Shown: positions 10,054-20,574, counted from the stretch's first letter. The stretch: 54,854 nucleotides of DNA from an uncultured Alteromonadaceae bacterium (GCA_964346365.1 CAYFVG010000002.1:1-54854); one strand, 5' to 3'. The notes: generated by a model from the sequence alone, not told the origin. A program made the numbers and translations.

Positions 10054-11286
10054 ATGGAATCGCATCGTGATAATCCTGGTAATACGCATGCTGCTGGCGG
10101 AATCGGCAGCCACAGCTTGTCTCTGTTTCGCCTGTTCGGTATCGAAATCCGCCTCGACATCAGCGTGCTGGTGATTTTTTCGCTGATCGTTTTCAGCCTT
10201 GGCAGCGGAGTGCTGCCGCGCTGGCATCCAGCGTGGAGCCCGGGCCTGGTGTGGAGCACCGCTTTCGTGTCCGGGGTCGCGTTCTTCGCCTCGCTTCTGG
10301 CGCATGAGCTTTCGCATGCAGTGATGTCGCAGCACTACGGGATTCCCGTACCGCGGATCACCCTGTTTCTGTTCGGCGGCATGGCTGAGCCTGAGCGTGA
10401 GCCGGATCGTCCGAAAGTCGAGTTCGTTGTGGCCATGGTCGGGCCGCTCATGAGTTTTTTTATCGCCTTTGTCTGCATCAACCTGGCCCGCTGGCTGGTG
10501 GGCGATCCGGGGGCGCTGGACTCGCTGACTGCGGAGAATATGGAAGCGATGGGCGCGTTCGGGCCGGTGGCCACAGCGCTGCTGTGGCTCGGCATGATCA
10601 ACCTGGTGATTGCCGTTTTCAACATGATTCCCGGCTTCCCCATGGACGGTGGGCGCGTGTTCCGCGCCATGATCTGGGCGGCCACGGGGGACCTGCTCAA
10701 GGCCACGCGCTGGGCCAGCAATCTTGGACGCTACTTCGGCTGGTCGCTGATGTTTCTGGGGGTCTTCAGCCTGTTCGCCGGCGGGCGGCTCGGCGGTCTG
10801 TGGTGGGTGTTGATCGGCTGGTTCATTTCCAGCCTGGCGGCAATGAGCTACCGGCAGCAGGTCGCCGAGGTTGAGCTGCATGACGTGAAAGTTGCCGATC
10901 TGATGCGGACTCACTTCGAGACGATCGAGGCCGCTGTGCCCCTATCGGAATTTGTGGATCAACACCTGTTGCGCAGCACGCAGGAGCTGTGGCCGGTGCT
11001 GGAGAGCGGCAAGCTGGCAGGTATCGTCTCGCTGCGCGGAGTCACGGAACTGCCGGCGGAGCAACGCAGTGGCAGGACGGTGGGGGATATCACCGTAGCG
11101 GCGGCCACTATGGAGGCGCTGGATGCCGGCGAGTCGGCGCGCGAAGCCATTCAAAAGCTTGGGCGAGGCGCTGACGAAGGACTGCCGGTGGTCCGCTCGG
11201 GACGTGTCGTCGGTCTCCTCAGGCACAGCGACGTGGTGAAATGGATGCGCCTGCATGCAGCCGCTGGATCCCTTTCGCCGCGCTGA
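10054..11286 (+). CDS. Site-2 protease (peptidase M50) with C-terminal CBS pair
   Basis: HELSH zinc motif, FNMIPGFPMDGGR, TM segments, CBS-like repeats (VADLM..., LPVVRSGRVVGLL). Confidence 0.9.
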   Translation: MESHRDNPGNTHAAGGIGSHSLSLFRLFGIEIRLDISVLVIFSLIVFSLGSGVLPRWHPAWSPGLVWSTAFVSGVAFFASLLAHELSHAVMSQHYGIPVPRITLFLFGGMAEPEREPDRPKVEFVVAMVGPLMSFFIAFVCINLARWLVGDPGALDSLTAENMEAMGAFGPVATALLWLGMINLVIAVFNMIPGFPMDGGRVFRAMIWAATGDLLKATRWASNLGRYFGWSLMFLGVFSLFAGGRLGGLWWVLIGWFISSLAAMSYRQQVAEVELHDVKVADLMRTHFETIEAAVPLSEFVDQHLLRSTQELWPVLESGKLAGIVSLRGVTELPAEQRSGRTVGDITVAAATMEALDAGESAREAIQKLGRGADEGLPVVRSGRVVGLLRHSDVVKWMRLHAAAGSLSPR

Positions 11287-11359
11287 CCGGCTGCCATCGT
11301 AAGCGGTCAAACCAGCTTAAGTTGAATTACCTCAGGTCACGAAGTGGTCGCAGCTGCAG

Positions 11360-12229
11360 CTACCGGCAGTAGAGTCTGCGCAGGCGATCGACCAGGATCA
11401 TGTGCGGTACGGTCAATGCGGCGAGGCCAATGAATACGACCTTGAACACGGCCTCGTCGACAGCGAGGTACTGTACCGCCTGCAGCTGCACAGCAGCCAG
11501 CACAGCGGCCGCGACGACCAGGCCGCTCAGGGACGCCGCTGTGATGAGCGAGCGGCGAAGGTGTGCGATTTGCGCAAGCGCCAGAGTGAGGTGGCGGATC
11601 GCATGGAGCGCACAAAAATAGACCATAAAATACACCAGGGGCGGCAGGAAGAAGGCCGCGGTAAACAGCACCAGCTGTTCCGTGGCGTCCCGCCCCCGGC
11701 AGCGTCGAGCCAGGATAACGCTGCCCAGCAAGGCCAGCAGAGCCACGCCGCCCAGGATCGCGAGAGCGTTCGCCGCGATGCCGGCGGCGGGTGCAGGTGC
11801 CAGGTAGGTGAAGAGTGCTGTCACTTCATTCTGGTGGAACAGTGCCGGGGCGCCAACCGTTGCCAGACCGCCAGTCCAGCGCAGGGCAAGCGCGCTGTCC
11901 TGCCAGTCGTCGGCGAAATGCCACGCGGAGTAGGCGAGGAAGGTGCATAAAGCGAGTGCAGGCACAGTCAGCCAGAGTGCGATGACGACTGCAGTGAGGC
12001 CCAGATAAAAAACTGCAAAGCGCAACCTGCCCCGCCAGCCTTTGAGCGGCCAGAGCATCTCTGCGATGGGCAGATCGAGAGCACCATGGGGGAGACCGAG
12101 GAGGGCGACGACAGGCGCCAGCAGCACGATCTGCTGGGTCTCAGAAAGCTCGATCGCGACCGATGTCACGATCGCCAGCAAAGCCGCTGTCGTGAAAAGC
12201 GTCGTCTGCCAGCGAGTCTGCTCTGTCAC
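11360..12229 (-). CDS. blh: Brp/Blh beta-carotene 15,15'-dioxygenase
   Basis: GLPHGALD, WHF, HAIRH, LTVPHM iron-ligand histidines; hydrophobic; GTG start overlaps the crtY stop (GTGA). Confidence 0.92.
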   Translation of the reverse strand: MTEQTRWQTTLFTTAALLAIVTSVAIELSETQQIVLLAPVVALLGLPHGALDLPIAEMLWPLKGWRGRLRFAVFYLGLTAVVIALWLTVPALALCTFLAYSAWHFADDWQDSALALRWTGGLATVGAPALFHQNEVTALFTYLAPAPAAGIAANALAILGGVALLALLGSVILARRCRGRDATEQLVLFTAAFFLPPLVYFMVYFCALHAIRHLTLALAQIAHLRRSLITAASLSGLVVAAAVLAAVQLQAVQYLAVDEAVFKVVFIGLAALTVPHMILVDRLRRLYCR

Positions 12230-13335
12230 CCTTGCGGGACCGCGGCCCGCAGGAAGGGCAGTGGTGGCAACGACGCCATGACCGACAACCGATCGGCTGC
12301 CCGCGTCGACCCGGAGAGGAAACGCTCCAGGCGATCTTCCCGCGAGCCGCGAAACAGGCATTCGAACAGAGCAGGAGCGCGCTCGGGTGCTGTCGCCAAT
12401 ACGCGGAGGAAAACCCGGTCCATAAACTGTGTCATGCGACCATCCAGGCGGGTGTCCGGCGCTTCGCCGCGCTCAAGGGCGGCAACCACGCGATCCGCCT
12501 GCGCCTGAATACGTGCAAAGGCATAGCCCGTAGACGGTCGCGAGGAACCCCCGCTCAGCCCCATGCGAACAATGCCGTCGGGGGGGTTGCTGCCAAAGCC
12601 CACCTGCATGGGCAGCACCCCCCCTTCCTTGCGCAGCACCTCGACATCGCCGGGCTCAAGCAGAGCAATTTCCGTCTCCAGCCACTGGGTCAGGGTATCG
12701 CGGGCGGGAGGACTCGCGGCGAAAGTCGTTACTTCGACCAGTGCGTGATCGTGGGCAAAGGGCAGCATATAGACAAAGTTAACGCCACCGTCCTCAGACG
12801 GACGAAAAGTCATCAAATGAACAACGGCCGGGTCAAAGACGGGTCTCGATGTTCTGATTTCGCGGCCGACAAAGAACTGACCATAGCGTGGCACCTGTTT
12901 CGTCGGTCGTGTGTCCACGAGGGTCTTCGCCGAAAAAGCGCCGGCGTCGGTATCGACGTGCCACTTGCCGCTGTTCCGCCGAACCTCCTTTGCCGTGACG
13001 CCGAGGCGGATCGCGGCTGCAGGATGGTCGTCGATCGCGGCGAGGGCGCGTTGATAGAAGCTGTGAGCATTCAGCGTCTGATAGCGCAGGCGCTGAGACT
13101 GTCGCCGCGTCTCACCGCGCGGCCCGAAGACGCTCCAGGCGCGCCACTCAGCGCGCACGCAATCCTCAAAAGGGTCCGATGCCGTGCGCCAGAAGCTCCA
13201 GGTTCGATCGTTCGTGTAATGGGTCCGCGGCTCGATCACCTGAACCGAGAACCGTGTGCGCGCCAGTCGCGCAGCGAGACTTAGGCCGGCGCAGCCCCCA
13301 CCGAGTATCGCGATGTCAACATCAGCCGAGCCCAT
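12226..13335 (-). CDS. crtY: Lycopene beta-cyclase
   Basis: GGGCAGLSLA FAD motif, DRTWSFW, FVYMLPF, RPSTGYAF, MDRVFLRVL; coupled to blh. Confidence 0.88.
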   Translation of the reverse strand: MGSADVDIAILGGGCAGLSLAARLARTRFSVQVIEPRTHYTNDRTWSFWRTASDPFEDCVRAEWRAWSVFGPRGETRRQSQRLRYQTLNAHSFYQRALAAIDDHPAAAIRLGVTAKEVRRNSGKWHVDTDAGAFSAKTLVDTRPTKQVPRYGQFFVGREIRTSRPVFDPAVVHLMTFRPSEDGGVNFVYMLPFAHDHALVEVTTFAASPPARDTLTQWLETEIALLEPGDVEVLRKEGGVLPMQVGFGSNPPDGIVRMGLSGGSSRPSTGYAFARIQAQADRVVAALERGEAPDTRLDGRMTQFMDRVFLRVLATAPERAPALFECLFRGSREDRLERFLSGSTRAADRLSVMASLPPLPFLRAAVPQG

Positions 13336-13359
13336 GCTGCACCGCCATTACCGATGTGC

Positions 13360-13377
13360 TGTCACGAAGCTGCCACA
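13360..13377. promoter_or_regulatory. TGT-N12-ACA palindrome (PpsR/CrtJ-type box) 24 bp upstream of crtY
   Basis: TGTCACGAAGCTGCCACA; context GCTGTCAC-N9-ACAAA identical to the box at 14633. Confidence 0.6.
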
Positions 13378-13395
13378 AAACCATTCCGACGGACG

Positions 13396-13539
13396 TCATG
13401 TCGAGTGTTGTAGCGCCGGTGTCCCGATCGCGGGAATCAGCCGATCGAGCACCCTGGCCGAGGAGATAACGCCCGGCAACCCGGCGCCCGGATGTGTGCC
13501 GGCGCCGGCAACAAAGACGGCCCGCCCTTCAATGCGGTT
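13396..13539 (-). pseudogene. crtI: C-terminal remnant of phytoene desaturase
   Basis: NRIEGRAVFVAGAGTHPGAGLPGVISSARVLDRLIP matches the CrtI C-terminal GAGTHPGAG.PGV..SA motif; the rest of the ~500-aa gene is absent. Confidence 0.8.
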
Positions 13540-13726
13540 CGAAGAACGTTGTCCATGATCTGCCTGGTCATCGCCGAGGACGCTGGGCAAACCCGCAGTG
13601 TCTGGGGACATGTTTTGACTCCGGTCGCGGCACGCCGTGCCGTTGAGATACTTAAGAAGGAGCGGGCCTACGAGAAAGGTAGTCAGGTCTCGCGGGACCG
13701 ACGCAAAGGCTGGGCACTCACCGCGT

Positions 13727-13763
13727 AAAAAAAGCCGCTGCGCGCATGAAAGCGGCAGCGGCT
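13727..13763 (-). terminator. Rho-independent terminator after the rhodopsin gene
   Basis: Transcript strand AGCCGCTGC-cgctttcatgcgc-GCAGCGGCT followed by a T run. Confidence 0.8.
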
Positions 13764-13814
13764 GTTTCTTTCGAGCGCGCCCAAAGTGTCAGGCGGCTTA
13801 TTGACTACATGCCT

Positions 13815-14591
13815 TCAGGCAGCGGCCTGGCTGGTCCCCACGGCGTCGTCGGACAAGCCACCGCTTTTGCGCACTGCGATCATGTAGATCAGTACACCGA
13901 ACACCGACTTCGCGACGATATCGGCAATCGTATAGCCAACCTGAATAATCGTGGAGGCGGTTGCGCCCTCGATACCGACAGCACCGGCAAAGTAAACCAC
14001 CGGGTAGAAGGCCCAGCTCAATACCACGACCCAGCGTGCCGTGCTTACCAGGCCGCGAGCATCCTCAGGCTGGTCGGCAATCGACTTGGACAAGCCGACA
14101 AAGAGCTCATAGACGATCCACAGGAACGGAAGCATCGAGAGAATACCCCAGAGCCAGCGCTGACCGTCGCTCGTGGCGACTTCGCCCGGGTAGCCAAGGG
14201 CAATCATAAGAGCGGCGAGTAATCCCAGGCGGGTTGCGCGGCTGACGGTTTCCCGGCGGCCAAGATTCATGACCAGGATCAGTTCAACAAGCAACAGTGG
14301 AACTGTCAGCAGCCAATCAACATACCGATAGGCATCGTTGAACGGCGTCCCGGTGACCATCAACGCACCGTCGACGAATTCGTAGGCCTCGTTCCAGCTC
14401 TCGAAGATTCGGAAGTAGTGATAGCCGGCGATAAATGTGACCAACCCCGTTATGGTCAATGCTGTTTTGTACTGCGGACTTACCTGGCTTCGACCCAGCC
14501 AGAAAAACAGCGTCGATGCAGCGAAAGTCGCAAAAGCAAACGAAAAAGCGTTGTAGATCAGGTTGTACTGTCCTGCGCTAAGAACGTCCAT
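13815..14591 (-). CDS. Xanthorhodopsin-family proton-pumping rhodopsin (DTE motif)
   Basis: 258 aa, 7 TM; AGYHY (H58), FNDAYRYVDWLLTVPLLLVE (D92/T96/E103, L100), LGYPGE, WG (G149), GYTIADIVAK (Schiff-base K228); GAGG RBS. Confidence 0.95.
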   Translation of the reverse strand: MDVLSAGQYNLIYNAFSFAFATFAASTLFFWLGRSQVSPQYKTALTITGLVTFIAGYHYFRIFESWNEAYEFVDGALMVTGTPFNDAYRYVDWLLTVPLLLVELILVMNLGRRETVSRATRLGLLAALMIALGYPGEVATSDGQRWLWGILSMLPFLWIVYELFVGLSKSIADQPEDARGLVSTARWVVVLSWAFYPVVYFAGAVGIEGATASTIIQVGYTIADIVAKSVFGVLIYMIAVRKSGGLSDDAVGTSQAAA

Positions 14592-14632
14592 ACGGACTTT
14601 TCCTCGTTGGTGAATTCAACTTGACTCTAGGC

Positions 14633-14650
14633 TGTCACCACGCCAAAACA
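14633..14650. promoter_or_regulatory. TGT-N12-ACA palindrome (PpsR/CrtJ-type box) 41 bp upstream of the rhodopsin ATG
   Basis: TGTCACCACGCCAAAACA; shares GCTGTCAC-N9-ACAAA with the crtY box. Confidence 0.6.
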
Positions 14651-14845
14651 AAGGGCGAGTCCGGTTTACATGGACAATTCTGGCTCTGAATGTCGACAAA
14701 ACGTTGACAGTGAAATGACCGCCCGTCTCCATCGGACGGGACGCTGCAAACTTTGCCCGCAGATTACCGGGCCGTCATTGAAATCATGATGACCGTCGAG
14801 CAGTCTCGGCGCGAAAAAACAGCGTGACGCTGCCCGGAAGCTGTG

Positions 14846-15508
14846 TCAGGCCGGCGTCTCTCTTGTCCCGGTCTCGAGGCCGTGGAGGTATGCTGTGGCC
14901 TCGCGCTCGCTCACCACGTCACCGTACTTGGCATTCATGTCGAAGAGGTTGGCTTCATGCGGGGCGGGGTGCCGGTCGCCGCAGGCGTCCGCTACCACGA
15001 TGGGGATGAAGCCGTACTGGCAGCTGTCGAGACAGGTTGCCCGGATGCAGCCGCTGGTGGTGACGCCGGTGATAATCAGGGTGTCGATACCGAGGGTGGT
15101 CAGCATGGGTGCCAGGGAGGTGCCGAAAAACGCGCTCGCGTACTGCTTGCTCACCACGATTTCGTCCGCCGCCGGCGCCACGCCATCGGCCCAGGCGCCC
15201 ATAGGGCTGCCGGCGACAAAGTTGTGGAGCGGCATGGCCTTCTGGAAAAAGCGGCCGCCGAGGCGGCCGGCGGCATCGTACACCACGTTGGTATAGATGA
15301 CCGGGATGCCCTTGCTGCGCGCCACCGCGACCAGACGCAGTGCCGCGTCGAGTTCCGGCTGCACGTCAGCGTAGAGTTCGCACTCGGGATCAAAGTAGGC
15401 GCGGACGAAGTCCACCAGGATCAGGGCGGGGCGACGGCCGAACCCGATGCGGTTGTCGTAGGCGCCCTTGTAGTTGGCCAGCAGATCGTCGGGGTTTTCT
15501 TCGCTCAT
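14846..15508 (-). CDS. Isochorismatase-family cysteine hydrolase (maleamate/N-carbamoylsarcosine amidase-like)
   Basis: GFGRRPALILVDF, KQYASAFFGT, TGVTTSGCIRAT catalytic D/K/C; start 15508 or 15523. Confidence 0.88.
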   Translation of the reverse strand: MSEENPDDLLANYKGAYDNRIGFGRRPALILVDFVRAYFDPECELYADVQPELDAALRLVAVARSKGIPVIYTNVVYDAAGRLGGRFFQKAMPLHNFVAGSPMGAWADGVAPAADEIVVSKQYASAFFGTSLAPMLTTLGIDTLIITGVTTSGCIRATCLDSCQYGFIPIVVADACGDRHPAPHEANLFDMNAKYGDVVSEREATAYLHGLETGTRETPA

Positions 15509-15611
15509 TGCAGCAGCGTCCATGGGATCTCGTGTAGGTGTTGCGTAGCCACAGGCCGTTTTGGTCCCGGCCCCTGCGCCACCCGCCCGGCTCTCCTGCG
15601 TGTGCTGAACC

Positions 15612-16302
15612 TCACGGCGCCCAATAGACCACGGGGGCAGGTGCATCCAGAGCGAGTACGGCGCTGATGGGCAGTGTCACCGGGTCGTCGGAAGCGGCGG
15701 CCCGCTGCAGCAGCGCGCGCTTTTCATCGCCGACGATATGGATAAACAGCCGGCGCGTTGCCGCCAGGCGGTGCAGGCTCAGGGACAGGCGGGCGTGGGG
15801 CGCTGCGGGCGGGTCGACCGCGAGGCAGGGCGTGTCGCCCGGCAGCGCCAGACCGCGCGGCAGCGCCGCGCTGCCGGGGAACAGCGAGGCGAAGTGACCG
15901 TCTGTGCCCATGCCGAGCAGGACCGCGTCGAAGGTACCGAGCGCTTGCAGCCGTGCGGCGATTTCGTCAACGGCGTCGTGCGGGTGGTCACAGGACGCGA
16001 ACAGCGGGACGAAGCGGGCCCGGGCCGCGGGACCGGTGAGGAGCGTTTCCCGTACGAGGCGCTCGTTGCTGTCCGCATGATCCGGCGGCACCCAGCGCTC
16101 ATCGGCAAGGGTCACGGTGACCCGGGCCCAGTCGACATCGCGGCCGGCGAGGGCGCGGAAAAACCCGGCGGGTGTACTGCCGCCGGAGACCGCGAGACTC
16201 GCTTCGCCGCGCGCCGCTATTCCCGCCGCGAGCGCGCCGGCGACGTCATCGGCGAGCTGGCGATCGAGTCCCTCCCGCGTCGGGAACTTGCGCAGCGCCG
16301 CC

Positions 16303-16310
<8 letters not shown>
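15612..16310 (-). CDS. pgl: 6-phosphogluconolactonase
   Basis: [32 protein letters not shown]; overlaps the zwf stop. Confidence 0.93.
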
Positions 16311-17771
<1,461 letters not shown>

Positions 17772-17775
<4 letters not shown>

Positions 17776-18416
17776 GGCGCACCCCGCAGCGCGGCGACGC
17801 GCGCGCAGGCCTCGGCGGCCAGCCGGCCGATGGCGGGCCAGTCCCGGGCCGTCATGAGCGCCGGCGGCGTCAGCCAGCTGCCGCCGACGGTGATTACGTT
17901 GGGCAGCGCCAGATAGCGATCGAGGTTGTGCAGGCCGATGCCGCCGGTGGGGCAGAAGACAACGTCGGGGAAGGGGCCGGCGAAGGCCTTCAGCGCGGCG
18001 ATACCCCCGGCCGCCTCGGCGGGAAAGAACTTGCAGCAGTCCAGGCCGGCGTCGAGGGCGCGCATCAGTTCGCTGGCCGTCGCCACTCCCGCCAGGAGCG
18101 GCAGGTCGCCGTCCGCGGCCGCGGCGAGGAGCGGGTCTGTCAGCCCCGGCGTCACGACGAAGGCGCTGCCGGCGCGCCGGGCGGCGTCGAACTGGGCCGG
18201 GCCGGTGACCGTGCCCGCGCCGACGACGGCCTCGGGGACCGCCTCGCGGATGGCGCTGATAGCCGGCAGCCCGGCGGCGCTGCGCAGCGTCACCTCGAGC
18301 ACCGGGATGCCGCCGGCGACGAGTGCCCGCGCTAACGGCACGGCATCCGCCACCGCCTCGATGGTCAGCACGGGCACCACCGGGGCCGCACGAAGAATGG
18401 CCCGGGCATCAGTCAT
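17772..18416 (-). CDS. eda: KDPG/KHG aldolase
   Basis: [34 protein letters not shown]. Confidence 0.95.
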
Positions 18417-20262
18417 GGCTGGTGTCCACCGTGGCAAGCAGTTCTTCGCCGAAGATCACGCTGGCCCCGGCCTCGGGTGTGGAGACGACCTGCCGGAAGA
18501 CGCGGAACAGCTCCCGGCCGACCCCGGCCTCGTTGTCCGGCGGCGGCGTCGCCGGGGTCCGCGCGGCGAGCGTCGCTGCGTCGACGTCGCAGCTGAGGAC
18601 GCCCGCTTGCGCATCCACGGTGAGTGGATCGCCGTCGCGCAGGCGACCGATGGCGCCGCCGGCGGCCGCCTCGGGGGTCACGTGAATCGCCGCGGGCACC
18701 TTGCCGGAGGCGCCGGACATGCGACCGTCGGTCACCAGCGCCACGGCATGGCCCCGGTCCTGGAGCACGCCGAGGAGCGGGGTGAGCTTGTGCAGCTCCG
18801 GCATGCCGTTCGCCCGCGGTCCCTGGAAGCGCACGACGACCACGCAGTCCCGATCGAGCTCGCCGGCGTCGAAGAGATCCGCCAGCGCCTGCTGCCCGTC
18901 GACCACCACTGCAGGGGCGCTGACCCGCCGGTGCTCGGGTTTTACCGCCGACACCTTGATCATGGCGCGACCGAGGTTGCCCGTGAGCAGGCGCAGCCCG
19001 CCCTCGTCGTCGAAGGGCGCCGCGGTGCCCGCCAGGATTGCCGGATCCAGGCTCTCCCGCGCCGCGGGCCGCCAGGCGAGGGCGTCGCCCGCCAGGTAGG
19101 GCTCGTGCACGTAGTCGCTGAAATCCCGACCCCAGACCGTGCCCGCCGTTCCGTGCATCAGGCCCGCGCCGAGCAGCTCCCGGAACAGAAGCCCGGTGCC
19201 GCCGGCGGCATGGAAGTGATTGATGTCGGCCTGGCCGTTCGGATAGACCCGGGCCAGTAGCGGTACGGTTGCCGACAGGGTGCTGAAATCGTCCCAGTTG
19301 ATAATCAGCCCCGCAGCGCGGCCCATGGCAACCAGATGCATCGCGTGGTTGGTGGAACCGCCGGAGGCGAGCAGCGCCACCATGGCGTTGACGAAGGAGC
19401 GCGCGTCGACGACGTCCATCAGCGGTCGCGGGTCGGCACCCTGGGCGGTCAGTCGCGCGATGAGCTCGGCGCTCTCGCGAACCAGTGCCTCGCGCAGGGG
19501 CGTTCCCGGGTTGACAAAGGATCCGCCGGGGAGCTGCAGGCCCATGGCTTCCATAAGGATCTGGTTGCTGTTGGCGGTGCCGTAGAAGGTGCAGGTGCCC
19601 GGGGCATGGTAGGAGGCTGCCTCGGCCTCCAACAGGGCGGCCCGGTCCACCTTGCCCTCGGCGAACAGCTGTCGCACCCGTGACTTCTCGGGGTTCGGCA
19701 GACCCGAGGGCATGGGCCCCGCGGGAATGAACAGCGCCGGCAGGTGACCGAAGCGCAGCACGCCGATGACCAGGCCGGGGACGATCTTGTCGCAGATGCC
19801 GAGGCAGACAATACCGTCGAACATGTGGTGAGACAGCGCAATACCCGTCGCCTGGGCGATGTTGTCGCGGCTGAACAACGACAGCTCCATACCGACCTGG
19901 CCCTGGGTGACGCCGTCACACATGGCCGGCACGCCGCCGGCTACCTGCCCCGTGCTGCCGATGGCGCGCAGGTAGCCCTTGATCTTGTCCGGGTAGTCGG
20001 CAAAGGGCTGGTGCGCCGACAGCATGTCGTTGTAGGCCGTGACGATGCCGATGTTGGCCGACTCCATAAGCCGGATGCGCGACTTGTCGGTATCGTCGCA
20101 GGCGGCGAAGCCGTGGGCCAGGTTGCCGCAGGATAGCTGTCCGCGCTGTGGCCGCAGATCGCGACTGCGCGCCATCAGGTCGAGGTAGTCGCGCCGCGGG
20201 CCGGCGCTGCGTTCTTCGATACGGGCCGTGACGTCTGCCACGGTAGCGTCGAGCTCGGCCAT
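18409..20262 (-). CDS. edd: Phosphogluconate dehydratase
   Basis: [56 protein letters not shown]. Confidence 0.96.
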   Translation of the reverse strand: MAELDATVADVTARIEERSAGPRRDYLDLMARSRDLRPQRGQLSCGNLAHGFAACDDTDKSRIRLMESANIGIVTAYNDMLSAHQPFADYPDKIKGYLRAIGSTGQVAGGVPAMCDGVTQGQVGMELSLFSRDNIAQATGIALSHHMFDGIVCLGICDKIVPGLVIGVLRFGHLPALFIPAGPMPSGLPNPEKSRVRQLFAEGKVDRAALLEAEAASYHAPGTCTFYGTANSNQILMEAMGLQLPGGSFVNPGTPLREALVRESAELIARLTAQGADPRPLMDVVDARSFVNAMVALLASGGSTNHAMHLVAMGRAAGLIINWDDFSTLSATVPLLARVYPNGQADINHFHAAGGTGLLFRELLGAGLMHGTAGTVWGRDFSDYVHEPYLAGDALAWRPAARESLDPAILAGTAAPFDDEGGLRLLTGNLGRAMIKVSAVKPEHRRVSAPAVVVDGQQALADLFDAGELDRDCVVVVRFQGPRANGMPELHKLTPLLGVLQDRGHAVALVTDGRMSGASGKVPAAIHVTPEAAAGGAIGRLRDGDPLTVDAQAGVLSCDVDAATLAARTPATPPPDNEAGVGRELFRVFRQVVSTPEAGASVIFGEELLATVDTSHD

Positions 20263-20424
20263 GTCTGTCCTCCCGCTTCGGGTCCAGTGGCGTGAGCCGA
20301 ACCCCTGGAATAGTCGGGGTCACGGCGCTTCTCCTGCGAATACCCTAACGGAAAGCCGGTCGCGACTGTATCGTCAAGCCGCAAAAAACTGGCGCTGGCC
20401 GTGGCCTTGCGCGAGGCGCGGTGG

Positions 20425-20469
20425 GCCAAAGTTGCGCTGAAGTCGAGGAAGATTGCGCCAAAGTTGCGC
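20425..20469. repeat. 13-bp direct repeat GCCAAAGTTGCGC x2 in the edd/arfB divergent region
   Basis: Copies at 20425-20437 and 20457-20469, 32-bp period. Confidence 0.7.
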
Positions 20470-20574
20470 GTCGGCTGCGCCACAGGTGTGCCGGCGTCGA
20501 CTCTTTGTTACTGCACTCCCTCGCCGCATTCGCTATCGTTGGCCGGGGTGATCGCTGGCCGGGAGCCGTCACCG

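Noticed and set aside
13612-13690. In-frame TTFLVGPLLL upstream of the crtI stub as a possible CrtI N-terminal (F.FD.GP) relic
   Set aside because: Similarity is too weak to call by eye and would need an alignment.
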